From Thermodesulfovibrionales bacterium (lineage in GTDB: Bacteria; Nitrospirota; Thermodesulfovibrionia; Thermodesulfovibrionales; UBA6898): 64,000 nt of DNA. The notes under the pieces were generated by a model, which saw nothing but the letters and a program-made list of their open reading frames with translations, was not told the origin of the DNA and searched no databases. Of the stretch, positions 28,450-37,666 are shown one piece after another (positions within the stretch are counted from its first letter, which is position 1; each line of letters opens with the position of its first letter). The position numbers and the translations under genes were made by a program. The stretch covers positions 32,001-96,000 of the forward strand of contig JBIOIY010000001.1 in the NCBI GenBank assembly GCA_044450345.1, given 5' to 3'.

Positions 28450-29091
28450 ATGGAACTGGTCAAGACATTCTTCGATATCTTTATGCACCTGGACAAACAT
28501 CTCAGCGCCGTCATCCAGAATTACGGCGTCTGGACCTATCTTATCCTCTTCCTTATCATCTTTTGTGAGACCGGGCTGGTAGTAACACCCATACTCCCCG
28601 GAGATTCGCTCCTCTTTGCGGCGGGTGCCTTGGCCTCCACGAGTGCCCTGGACGTCGGCGTCCTATTTGGACTTCTGAGCTTCGCTGCAATCGCCGGCAA
28701 CACCACGAATTACTGGATAGGTCATCTCATCGGTCCAAAGATATTCCATAAACAAAACGTGCGACTTCTCAACAGGGAATATCTGGACCGGACCCACCGT
28801 TTCTACGAAAAGCATGGAGGAAAGACGATCGTCATCGCCCGCTTTATCCCCATCATACGTACATTCGCTCCCTTTGTCGCAGGCATCGGCGCCATGACAC
28901 ACTGGAGGTTCTCCCTTTATAATATTGCGGCCGGCATCGCATGGGTCGGCATATTCGTCTTCGCCGGTTATTACTTCGGCAACATACCCGTAGTCAAACG
29001 CAACTTTACACTGGTAATCTTCGCTATCATATTCATATCGATACTGCCGGGCATAGTCGAATTCCTCAGGCACCGCAGGCGGCCTGCGTAA
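28450..29091 (+). CDS. dedA: DedA family membrane protein
   Basis: FCETGLVVTPILPGDSLLF and ARFIPIIRTFAPFVAG. Confidence 0.93.
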   Translation: MELVKTFFDIFMHLDKHLSAVIQNYGVWTYLILFLIIFCETGLVVTPILPGDSLLFAAGALASTSALDVGVLFGLLSFAAIAGNTTNYWIGHLIGPKIFHKQNVRLLNREYLDRTHRFYEKHGGKTIVIARFIPIIRTFAPFVAGIGAMTHWRFSLYNIAAGIAWVGIFVFAGYYFGNIPVVKRNFTLVIFAIIFISILPGIVEFLRHRRRPA

Positions 29092-29218
29092 CTGCCAGCC
29101 GAGGACTGATCTTCCCACGCATCTTCCGCCACAACTTTCGTGCCACCAAATAGTAGAAAAGTGGTATCATTTTACTGTCGTACCCCGGAATGATGACTTT
29201 TCGGGGGATACTGAATTC

Positions 29219-30244
29219 ATGCCCGGAGATAAATTATTGACGGACACATTCAAAACAAAGTGCATACTCTCGGCAGTGCTGATAGTCCTGATCATATCAG
29301 GCGGTACCCTTGGGTACGTATTCCTGGAGGGATGGGACTTTTTCGATTCTTTCTATATGACGATCATAACGCTTACGACGGTAGGGTTCGGCGAGGTACA
29401 TCCACTGTCGCGTGTCGGGAAAATGTTTACCATAGCACTGATCGTAGGCGGCGTCGGCACGGTCTTTTACGCGCTGAGCACAGCGGCTAAGTTTATGCTG
29501 GAAGGAGAATTTGAAGAGATATTCGGGAGGAAGAGATTGGAAAAGAAGATCAAGGAACTCAGGGACCACTTTATTGTCTGCGGTTACGGCAGGATGGGCA
29601 GGATCATATGCAGGGAGTTGAGGGAGAAGAAGATCTCCTTTGTCGTCGTCGAAAAGATGCCGGACAAACTCCTCGACGGTCAGGACGTCCTTTTGGTCGA
29701 GGGGGACGCAACCAGGGACGAGATACTGAAGGAGGTGGGCATAGAAAGGGCGAAAGGCCTCATATCAGTCCTTCCCACCGACGCCGAGAACCTTTACGTA
29801 GTCCTTAGCGCAAGGGGACTCAACCCCAGCCTGACGATTGTGGCGCGGGCCGGGGATGAAGGCTCTGAACAGAAGCTTATCAGGGCCGGTGCGGACAGGG
29901 TCGTCTCGCCCTACTATATCGGCGGCCTGCGGATCGCACACACTGTTTTGAAACCCGCGGTGGTGGATTTCATCGAGTTCGCGACGAAGAGCGGAAATAT
30001 CGACCTTCAGATGGAGGAAATAGCCATTCAGGAAAACTCCGGACTTGTCGGTCGCACGCTTGATGATAGCGGAATAGGCAGGGAACTGGGTATCATCGTC
30101 GTTGCGATCAAGGAGGGATCTGGAGAAATGAGGTTCAACCCCACATACAAGACCGCGATAAAGGCCGGTGACACACTTATCGCCTTGGGCGAGATATCCA
30201 AATTAAAGGCGCTGGAAGATATGGCAATGCTGCAGAGGCAATAG
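29219..30244 (+). CDS. Potassium channel with RCK domains (Kch/MthK-like)
   Basis: Filter TTVGFG, RCK GYGRMG, GDAT and a TrkA-C domain. Confidence 0.9.
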   Translation: MPGDKLLTDTFKTKCILSAVLIVLIISGGTLGYVFLEGWDFFDSFYMTIITLTTVGFGEVHPLSRVGKMFTIALIVGGVGTVFYALSTAAKFMLEGEFEEIFGRKRLEKKIKELRDHFIVCGYGRMGRIICRELREKKISFVVVEKMPDKLLDGQDVLLVEGDATRDEILKEVGIERAKGLISVLPTDAENLYVVLSARGLNPSLTIVARAGDEGSEQKLIRAGADRVVSPYYIGGLRIAHTVLKPAVVDFIEFATKSGNIDLQMEEIAIQENSGLVGRTLDDSGIGRELGIIVVAIKEGSGEMRFNPTYKTAIKAGDTLIALGEISKLKALEDMAMLQRQ

Positions 30245-30302
30245 GTCTTCATAGTCCTTATGCTTCTTGATATTCTTCCGAGATGAGTCCCCGCAGGGAA
30301 AT

Positions 30303-30671
30303 ATGACCGCATTTATCGTAATTGCAGTGATAGTTCTTCTTGGCGTTGGACTGCTTGTAGTCCTCTCCGGCATCGCCTTATACGCCAGACTTGCGAGACT
30401 AAGGGCCGCGGTGAAATCTTCGTGGTCCGCCGTCGATGTCAAACTCAAAGAACGTCATGATCTTGCGGCCGGCAAAGGGCCCAAGGCGGACGCCGATTTT
30501 CAACAGCGTCAGGCACCGCTCAGGGAACTCCGGGACAATATCCGGCACGCCGTGCGCTCTTATAACGCGCTGGTAATGGATTACAACGGCGAGATCCAAT
30601 CCTTTCCTTCGAATATTATTGCCAGCCTGTTCAAGTTGAAAAAAGCTGAGTCTTTTGATCTTGAGGAATGA
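30303..30671 (+). CDS. Shortened LemA-family protein
   Basis: N-terminal TM, WSAVDVKLKERHDL and C-terminal YN...YN...QSFPSNIIA. The central region appears absent. Confidence 0.6.
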   Translation: MTAFIVIAVIVLLGVGLLVVLSGIALYARLARLRAAVKSSWSAVDVKLKERHDLAAGKGPKADADFQQRQAPLRELRDNIRHAVRSYNALVMDYNGEIQSFPSNIIASLFKLKKAESFDLEE

Positions 30672-30804
30672 ATAGCGGGGCGAATGCGGCGGACGATCGC
30701 TCTTTGAAAACCTCTTGCTCCATGCCTTTGAGACATTGTCAGAACTGCTGATTTTATGTTGTAATTGATATATTCGAGAAAGAGGTTTTTGTTAAACTTA
30801 ATGC

Positions 30805-31206
30805 ATGGAAAAATATGAGCCGCTGAATAAGTTCTTTAAGAATACGAGACGGCACAGAAGATTTGTCGTGGACAGGATGGACATCCGCATAACGGCGATG
30901 ACTGCCTCCGGAAAGTCTGCTGCTGCCGAAGATTACAGGGTAATAATGCTCAGTCTCGCCGGTATGCGAATTGAGAGCGGCCATCACCTTGAGCTGAAGA
31001 GCAAGCTGCAGATGGAGATGACCCTGCCGGAGAATGTCCGCATCTCACTCACCGGACGGGTCACCTGTTGCGTTGCTGAGGAGGACGACAAAGGTTTGCG
31101 TCATAACATCGGGATAGAGTTCATCGAGATGTCAGAGCAGGACAGGACGGAACTCAAAAAGTTCATCCACTGGCTCTACCTGAAAGACGCGGGATTTACA
31201 GAGTAA
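30805..31206 (+). CDS. Stand-alone PilZ domain protein
   Basis: RRHRR (RxxxR), LSLAG, GRV...GIEF beta-barrel pattern. Confidence 0.78.
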   Translation: MEKYEPLNKFFKNTRRHRRFVVDRMDIRITAMTASGKSAAAEDYRVIMLSLAGMRIESGHHLELKSKLQMEMTLPENVRISLTGRVTCCVAEEDDKGLRHNIGIEFIEMSEQDRTELKKFIHWLYLKDAGFTE

Positions 31207-31254
31207 GCTTTCTTCCTGCCCCCCGTTTTGTCCGCAAAGGCCGGTTGACCGCTC

Positions 31255-32190
31255 TCAGCCTTCAGCCTTCAATAGTTCGAGCGTCTTATCCAGACTCTTC
31301 ATGTCCTCGACGTTGAATATTCTCGCCGCGGGTTCTATCCTCTTGATAAGTCCTGAGAGTGCCTTGCCGGGACCCGCTTCGATAAAAGTGCCTATGCCCT
31401 TGTTGACGATATTCCTGATCGAGTCTTCCCACAAAAGCGGGCTGTTCAGCTGCTTGATGAGTGACACCTTAATTTTTTCTGCGTTCATAAGAAACATCGC
31501 ATCGGCGTTGTTTACAACCGGGACAACCGCATCTCTGAGTTCTATCGTATTAAGCAGCTCCCCGAGTCTGTTGGAGGCCTCAAGCATGAGCGTGCAGTGC
31601 GAAGGGGCGGACACCGCAAGCGGCAGCGCACGCTTTGCGCCGGCCTCCTTGGCGAGTTTCATCGCTTCTTCAACAGCCTTCTTCTCACCGGCGATAACGA
31701 TCTGGCCGGGACAATTATAATTGGCCGGTGAAACATAGCCCGATTCGACCGAAAGACAGATCTCGTCCAGCTTGTTTCTGCCGAGCCCTATTATCGCCGC
31801 CATAAGACCCTCGCCTTCCTTCACCGCTTCCTGCATAAACATGCCTCTCTTCTCAGTGAGCCTTACGGCCTCCCTGAAAGTGATGACACCCGCAGCGACC
31901 AGCGCCGAATATTCCCCGAGGCTGTGCCCAGCCACAACCTGAGGGACAACCCCTTTAAGGGTCAAAACCGTATGGACCGCAACACTCGCAGTAAGAAGAC
32001 AAGGCTGGGTCCGGAAGGTCTTGTTGAGTTCCTCCTGCGGGCCCTCGAAACTCACTGACTTCAGGTCGTACCCGAGCGCGGCAGAGGCGTCTTCATATAG
32101 CGCCTTTACTTCATCGAAGTTCTCCCAAAGGTCTTTGCCCATACCCACATATTGGGAACCCTGGCCCGGAAATACGAAGGCCGTTTTCAT
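31255..32190 (-). CDS. fabD: Malonyl-CoA:ACP transacylase
   Basis: FPGQGSQ, TQP, GHSLGEY and GPGKALSGL. True start MKTAF at 32190 overlaps the etfA stop. Confidence 0.96.
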   Translation of the reverse strand: MKTAFVFPGQGSQYVGMGKDLWENFDEVKALYEDASAALGYDLKSVSFEGPQEELNKTFRTQPCLLTASVAVHTVLTLKGVVPQVVAGHSLGEYSALVAAGVITFREAVRLTEKRGMFMQEAVKEGEGLMAAIIGLGRNKLDEICLSVESGYVSPANYNCPGQIVIAGEKKAVEEAMKLAKEAGAKRALPLAVSAPSHCTLMLEASNRLGELLNTIELRDAVVPVVNNADAMFLMNAEKIKVSLIKQLNSPLLWEDSIRNIVNKGIGTFIEAGPGKALSGLIKRIEPAARIFNVEDMKSLDKTLELLKAEG

Positions 32191-33374
32191 ACTCCCCTCA
32201 TCTCTCTTATCTTTTTCGTCAGCATAGGGACGATCTCGAAGATGTCTCCGACGATCCCATAGTTTGCCACAGTGAATATCGGAGCCTCGGGATTTTTGTT
32301 TATCGCGACGATGATGTCGGAAGACTGCATCCCTACGAGGTGCTGTACTGCGCCGGATATGCCGCAGGCTATATATAATTTCGGACCGACGGTCTTTCCT
32401 GTCTGGCCTATCTGGTGCCTGTAGGGGATCCATCCCTCGTCGACAGCGGCACGCGAGGCCCCGACACAGCCTCCAAGGGCATCGGCAAGTTCATACAATA
32501 TCTGAAATCCCTTCTCACCGCCGGCCCCCCTGCCGCCGGCAACGATGATATTCGCCTCCTGGAGGTTCACCGCTACTTCGGATACCTCCTTGACCGTCTC
32601 TATCACCCTGGTTCTCGATCTTATATCCCCGGCACCTACCGTGACGATCTCGCCCGTTCTCGATGCGTCGTACTCGCCCCTTTTCATCACCCTCGGCCTG
32701 ACCGTCGCCATCTGCGGCCTTGTGTGGGGGCAGAGTATCGTCGCCATGATATTGCCGCCGAAGGCGGGCCTCACCTGGAGAAGGTTTTTCGTCTCCCTGT
32801 CAATATCAAGAGCGGTGCAATCAGCCGTGAGACCGGTCCTCAGCCGTGCCGCTACCCGCGGGACAAAAGACCTGCCGATAGGGGTGGCCCCCGCCAACAC
32901 GATTTCAGGCTTATGCAGGATGATCAGATCGGAGAGCAATGCCGCATAAGGCTCGTCATTGAAGTTCTTCACTATCTCTTCGGAGCAATAATATACGTGA
33001 TCTGCGCCCCACTTTATCAGTTCATCCGGGCCGGTTTCCGAGGGCCCGAAGAGGACAGCGGAGACCTTTGTGCCGAGCATACCGGCAAGCCTTCTGCCTG
33101 CGCCGAGGAGTTCGAAAGAAACCGCGGCGATGACACCTTCACGCTGTTCGGCGAAGACCCACACACCGCTCCCCTGGCTTTTCTCTTTTTTGTCATACTC
33201 GTCTTCGACCTCTTTGATCGCACCTTCCGGACATACGCTCAAACAAGCTCTGCAGAGCTGGCAGAGTTCGGTGATCCCGGCCTTTCCGTCCTTTATGACG
33301 ATCGCGTCATAGGGACATGAGGAAATGCACGTCTCGCATCCCGTACACTTATCTTTCGTTACCTCTATAAACAT
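32187..33374 (-). CDS. etfA: Electron transfer flavoprotein alpha subunit with an N-terminal 2x[4Fe-4S] ferredoxin domain
   Basis: CTGCETCISSCP and CQLCRACLSVCP; GLTADC, RPAFGG, QIGQTGK and GISGAVQH. Confidence 0.93.
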   Translation of the reverse strand: MFIEVTKDKCTGCETCISSCPYDAIVIKDGKAGITELCQLCRACLSVCPEGAIKEVEDEYDKKEKSQGSGVWVFAEQREGVIAAVSFELLGAGRRLAGMLGTKVSAVLFGPSETGPDELIKWGADHVYYCSEEIVKNFNDEPYAALLSDLIILHKPEIVLAGATPIGRSFVPRVAARLRTGLTADCTALDIDRETKNLLQVRPAFGGNIMATILCPHTRPQMATVRPRVMKRGEYDASRTGEIVTVGAGDIRSRTRVIETVKEVSEVAVNLQEANIIVAGGRGAGGEKGFQILYELADALGGCVGASRAAVDEGWIPYRHQIGQTGKTVGPKLYIACGISGAVQHLVGMQSSDIIVAINKNPEAPIFTVANYGIVGDIFEIVPMLTKKIREMRGV

Positions 33375-34147
33375 TTCAGCCCCACGAGTTCCTTAACGAT
33401 CGAATCGATTTTTTCCTGGGCCGTGCCCTCGACCATCTTCCGGTCTTTCTTTGCATCCGGCGCAAAGATGTTCCTCACCTGTGTCGGAGACCCCTTCAGT
33501 CCGAGCTTGTCCTCTTCTGCCTTGATGTCGGCAGCGGACAATTTCTTTATCTCGGCCTTCTTGGCGGCCATCTTGCCCTTCAACGAAGGCATCCTCGGCA
33601 CGTTCAGCTCCCTCACTACCGTGAGCAGCACCGGAAGAGAGGATTCTATCACGTCGAAGCCGTCATCCATCAGCCTCTGGACAACGATCCTGCCGCTCTG
33701 TACGTCGTCGATCTTCCTGATATAGGCGACATGCGGTATATCAAGGAATTCCGCGATCTCGGGCCCGACCTGCGCCGTATCTCCGTCTATCGCCTGTTTG
33801 CCGCAGAGTATGACATCGGCGCCGAGGTATTCGATCGCCTTCGAAAGGGCATAGGCGGTCGCCCACGTATCGGACCCGGCAAAGGCCCTGTCGGTAAGAA
33901 GCACCGCGTTATCGACACCCATCGATATCGCCTCGCGAAGGGCGGTCTCTGCCTGGGGCGGACCCATCGTGACCACCGTCACCGTCCCCCCGACCTTTTC
34001 CCTGATCTGAAGACCTGCCTCTATCGCATGCATGTCGTAAGGGTTTATTATGCTTTGCACGCCGTCCCTGATAAGCGTGTTCGTTTCAGGGTTGATCCTC
34101 ACCTCGGCGGTGTCAGGGACCTGTTTTACACATACGACTATCTTCAC
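33365..34147 (-). CDS. etfB: Electron transfer flavoprotein beta subunit
   Basis: CVKQVPD, INPYD and GKQAIDGDTAQVG. Confidence 0.94.
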   Translation of the reverse strand: MKIVVCVKQVPDTAEVRINPETNTLIRDGVQSIINPYDMHAIEAGLQIREKVGGTVTVVTMGPPQAETALREAISMGVDNAVLLTDRAFAGSDTWATAYALSKAIEYLGADVILCGKQAIDGDTAQVGPEIAEFLDIPHVAYIRKIDDVQSGRIVVQRLMDDGFDVIESSLPVLLTVVRELNVPRMPSLKGKMAAKKAEIKKLSAADIKAEEDKLGLKGSPTQVRNIFAPDAKKDRKMVEGTAQEKIDSIVKELVGLKCL

Positions 34148-34261
34148 GGATTTTTCCTCCAGAATTATTGAAACGCCTCTATTATATCAGACGGGAACAA
34201 ACTCTTAGCAATAGCATATGGGCAGATGCATACATACAAACCGACTGTTAAAAACCGTCAA

Positions 34262-35419
34262 TTATTTGTTTCTTGCGGCCTCTTTGATTAGCGCCTGCCC
34301 GATCACATTCCTCTGTATCTGGTTAGTCCCTTCGTAGATCTGAAGGATCTTCGCGTCCCTCATCATCTTCTCCACAGGATATTCCTTCATATAACCGGAC
34401 CCCCCCATCACCTGGACAGCGTCGACCGTTACTTTCATCGCCACGTCTGTCGCAAAGACCTTCGACATTGCAGACTCCTTGGAGACGTCCTTGGCGCCGC
34501 TGTCAACCAACCTGGCGACAGCGTACACGAGCGCACGTGCGGCCTCGATCGACGTCGCCATGTCGGCAAGCATATGCTGCACCGCCTGGAACGTGATGAC
34601 CGGATGGCCGAACTGTATCCTCTGCCGCGCAAATTTGACCGCCTCCTCGAAGGCGCCCTGAGCGACACCTACTCCCTGCGCACCCACGCCGGTCCTCGAA
34701 TTATCGAGGGTCTTCATCGCAACGACAAAACCAGCGCCTTCCTTGCCGATGAGGTTGTCCTTCGGTATGCGGCAATTATCGAAGATAAGTTCCGTAGTGC
34801 TCGAGGCCCTTATTCCCATCTTGTTCTCTTTCTTGCCGAATGAGAAGCCGGGTGTGCCTTTTTCCACGACAAAGGCAGATGCTCCCCGCGGCCCTTTCGA
34901 GCGGTCTGTTATCGCGATGATTGTATATATCTCGGCCTCTCCGCCGTTCGTGATCCACTGCTTAGTGCCGTTTAAGACATATTCGTTTCCTTCAGGACGC
35001 GCGGTCGTCTGTATTCCGCTTGCGTCGCTTCCCGCGTTCGCCTCCGTCAGACCGAAGGCGACGAGTCTCTTCCCGGCTGCTATGTCCGGCAAAAACTTCT
35101 TTTTCTGCCCATCGCTGCCGAATAGGAGGATGGGATATGTTCCCAGGGCATTCGCTGCGTACGTAGTCGATACCCCGAGGCATGCCCGCGATAATTCCTC
35201 GACCGCGATCGAGAGCTCCAGGCACCCCTTACCCAAACCGCCGAATTCCTCCGGTATAAAAAGGCCGAAAAGGTCGGATTGGGCCAACGTCTTCATAACA
35301 TCCCAGGGAAATTGCCCTGTTTCATCGAGCTCGGCCCTGACAGGCACGATCTTCTCTTCGGCGATCTGCCGCGCAAGGTCTCTTATCATAATCTGTTCTT
35401 CGTTGAAAAAATAATCCAT
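34262..35419 (-). CDS. Acyl-CoA dehydrogenase (butyryl-CoA dehydrogenase-like)
   Basis: FGLTEANAGSD, GTKQWITNG, KMGIRAS, RIQFG and IYEGTNQIQ. Confidence 0.92.
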   Translation of the reverse strand: MDYFFNEEQIMIRDLARQIAEEKIVPVRAELDETGQFPWDVMKTLAQSDLFGLFIPEEFGGLGKGCLELSIAVEELSRACLGVSTTYAANALGTYPILLFGSDGQKKKFLPDIAAGKRLVAFGLTEANAGSDASGIQTTARPEGNEYVLNGTKQWITNGGEAEIYTIIAITDRSKGPRGASAFVVEKGTPGFSFGKKENKMGIRASSTTELIFDNCRIPKDNLIGKEGAGFVVAMKTLDNSRTGVGAQGVGVAQGAFEEAVKFARQRIQFGHPVITFQAVQHMLADMATSIEAARALVYAVARLVDSGAKDVSKESAMSKVFATDVAMKVTVDAVQVMGGSGYMKEYPVEKMMRDAKILQIYEGTNQIQRNVIGQALIKEAARNK

Positions 35420-35584
35420 CGTTACCTCCAGAGTTTCGCTCGACCAACAAAATAAAGATGTTCCGAATCATACAATAGCCAAACAACTGATAATTCTACC
35501 AGAATTAACGTATATTTTGGAAGGAAAGAATCAGGACATCGTATCGCTTCAGTCACGGATGAAAATAAGCAGCAGTAAGAAGGG

Positions 35585-35675
35585 TTCCCGACCTACCTGC
35601 CGGCAGGCAGGCGCGTTTCGCTTGCGGGAATGACAGAAAAAATCTCTTGTTCTCAAGGGTTGTCATTCCGGCTTG
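35585..35675. repeat. REP-like palindromic cluster with a nested 20-bp palindrome
   Basis: TTCCCG(35585-90) pairs with CGGGAA(35625-30) and encloses CCTACCTGCCGGCAGGCAGG (35592-35611). GGAATGACA(35627-35) and TGTCATTCC(35661-69) form a second inverted pair. Confidence 0.6.
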
Positions 35676-35749
35676 CCCGTTCGCAGCGACTCTCACCCAA
35701 GACTCGCATCGAGAATCTTTCTTCCTGCTGATAATTGCATTTTTTGGAG

Positions 35750-36595
35750 TTAATGTCTGCTCAGTTGCTCCTTCGATGCGGTCACTGCTTTCAGCCCCGC
35801 TTTCTTAGCGGCCTTTCTCTTCCTCCCTAAGGTCTTGTAAAGGTCGAAGGCCTTCTGAGGCGAGGCGTTCTCATGAACAACCGCCCGGACAGCCTGTATC
35901 ATGGCAACAGGGTCATCGGCCTGGAAGATGTTCCTTCCCATGTCTACACCCGCCGCCCCCCTTTTGATTGCATTATGTGAAAGTTCCAGCGCTTCCAGCT
36001 CCGGAAGTTTCTTGCCCCCGGCCATCACGAGAGGGACAGGACACGTCCTTACAAGTTTTTCGAAGCCCTCGCAGTAATAGGTCTTTACAAGGTGGGCGCC
36101 GAGTTCGGCAGCAATACGACAGCAGAGGGCAAGATAACGGGCGTCCCTCGCCATGTCCTTGCCGACCGCCGTCACCGCAAGAACGGGGATACCGTAGCGA
36201 TGTCCTTCGTCTATCAGCTTCGTCAAATTGAGAAGCGTCTGCTTTTCGTTGGGCGAACCCACATAGATGGACAGGGCCACCGCAGAGACATTAAGCCTGA
36301 CCGCATCATCCATCGCCACTGTTATCCCCTCGTTTGAGAGTTCGCCCAAGATACTGTTGCCGCCTGAGACCCTCAGAACGATCGGCGTTTCAGTAGATGC
36401 ATCTACCGAGGTGCGGAGCACCCCTCTTGTGGGCATAAGCGCATCGGCGTAAGGCAAAAGAGGTTTGATCGTTTTGGCCGCATCTTCGAGCCCCGACGTC
36501 GGTCCAAGAAAATATCCATGGTCGACCGCAAGCATCACTGTCCTGCCGTCGGGCTTGATTATTCTTGAAAGACGGTTCTTGATTCCCCAATCCAT
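35750..36595 (-). CDS. lsrF: LsrF-like class I aldolase/thiolase (DhnA family)
   Basis: MDWG...[29 protein letters not shown] and [10 protein letters not shown]. Confidence 0.85.
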   Translation of the reverse strand: MDWGIKNRLSRIIKPDGRTVMLAVDHGYFLGPTSGLEDAAKTIKPLLPYADALMPTRGVLRTSVDASTETPIVLRVSGGNSILGELSNEGITVAMDDAVRLNVSAVALSIYVGSPNEKQTLLNLTKLIDEGHRYGIPVLAVTAVGKDMARDARYLALCCRIAAELGAHLVKTYYCEGFEKLVRTCPVPLVMAGGKKLPELEALELSHNAIKRGAAGVDMGRNIFQADDPVAMIQAVRAVVHENASPQKAFDLYKTLGRKRKAAKKAGLKAVTASKEQLSRH

Positions 36596-36622
36596 AATAT
36601 ACCTCCTGATATTTTTTCCACG

Positions 36623-37645
36623 CTATGGCGTGATGATTACCTTAAGAGATTCCCCTGCCGTCTCGACGAGACGAAACCCCTCGGCCGTGCCGTTGAGGGG
36701 AAGCCTGTGCGTTATCATATCGGGCACGTTCACCTTTCCCTGCCTTATGAATTCCATAGATATCATATGCTCATTGTAGTTCGCGGCGTAGGACGAGGTG
36801 AGCGTTATTTCATTGCGCCAGAAGAGGTCGTTAACCGGAAGGGGGACCGACACCCCCTTATTGGCGGGCGCAAAAAAAAGGATTGTGCCGCCCCTGTCCA
36901 CGGACTGAAATGCCTGGATAATTGCCTTTTCCGCACCGGTGGTAAGTACGACGATATCGGCAGGTCTGCCCTTATTAATTCTTCTAAAAGTCCCCGGCAC
37001 GTCTCCTCCCGCATCGATCACCTCATCGGCGCCGAATCTTCCGGCAGCACTTAGTCTGTACTTATTGACGTCCGTCGCTACGACCAGCGAGGCCCCGAGT
37101 GCCCGCGCGAGCTGGACGTGCAAAAGTCCGGAGATACCGCTCCCTATGACCAGAACACTTTTATAGCTTCCCGTTCCCGCAATCCTCTGTCCGCGGTAGA
37201 CGCAGGCCAATGGCTCTATAAAAGTCGCCTCTTCAAAGGACATACCTTCCGGAAGCTTATAGACTCCCCTGTCCACGTTGATGGACGGCAGCCTGACATA
37301 TTCACTGAAACCTCCCGGGTAAAAATTCGTGCTCCTCAGGGTATCACAGACCGTCTCGTGCCCCTCCCGGCAGTAATGACAGGTATTGCAGGGCACGTGA
37401 TGGGAGGCGCTGACCCTGTCGCCCGCCTCAAAAACAGTCACTCCCTCGCCCACAGCGGCAACCTCGCCCCCGATCTCGTGGCCGAGTACAACGGGACCCC
37501 TGCCCTGCCTGTACCAGTGCATCACGTCGCTTCCGCATATCCCGCTCGCCCTGATGCGGATGACCATCTCACCGGGGCCGGCGTCAGGAACAGGTATCTC
37601 CTCGATCCTTATGTCTCCGGCACCATAGTATCTTGCAACCTTCAT
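36623..37645 (-). CDS. Zinc-dependent alcohol/polyol dehydrogenase
   Basis: GICGSD, GHE, CNTCHYC...C and GSGISG. Confidence 0.88.
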   Translation of the reverse strand: MKVARYYGAGDIRIEEIPVPDAGPGEMVIRIRASGICGSDVMHWYRQGRGPVVLGHEIGGEVAAVGEGVTVFEAGDRVSASHHVPCNTCHYCREGHETVCDTLRSTNFYPGGFSEYVRLPSINVDRGVYKLPEGMSFEEATFIEPLACVYRGQRIAGTGSYKSVLVIGSGISGLLHVQLARALGASLVVATDVNKYRLSAAGRFGADEVIDAGGDVPGTFRRINKGRPADIVVLTTGAEKAIIQAFQSVDRGGTILFFAPANKGVSVPLPVNDLFWRNEITLTSSYAANYNEHMISMEFIRQGKVNVPDMITHRLPLNGTAEGFRLVETAGESLKVIITP

Positions 37646-37666
37646 GATCGGCCCTTTATTGACCTT

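Noticed and set aside
32191..32433. ORF-track N-terminal extensions of fabD (also hemE to 59934, FG-GAP to 18228, DsrE from 39864)
   Set aside because: They overlap upstream genes and lack family similarity; downstream ATGs with an SD or ATGA overlap fit better.
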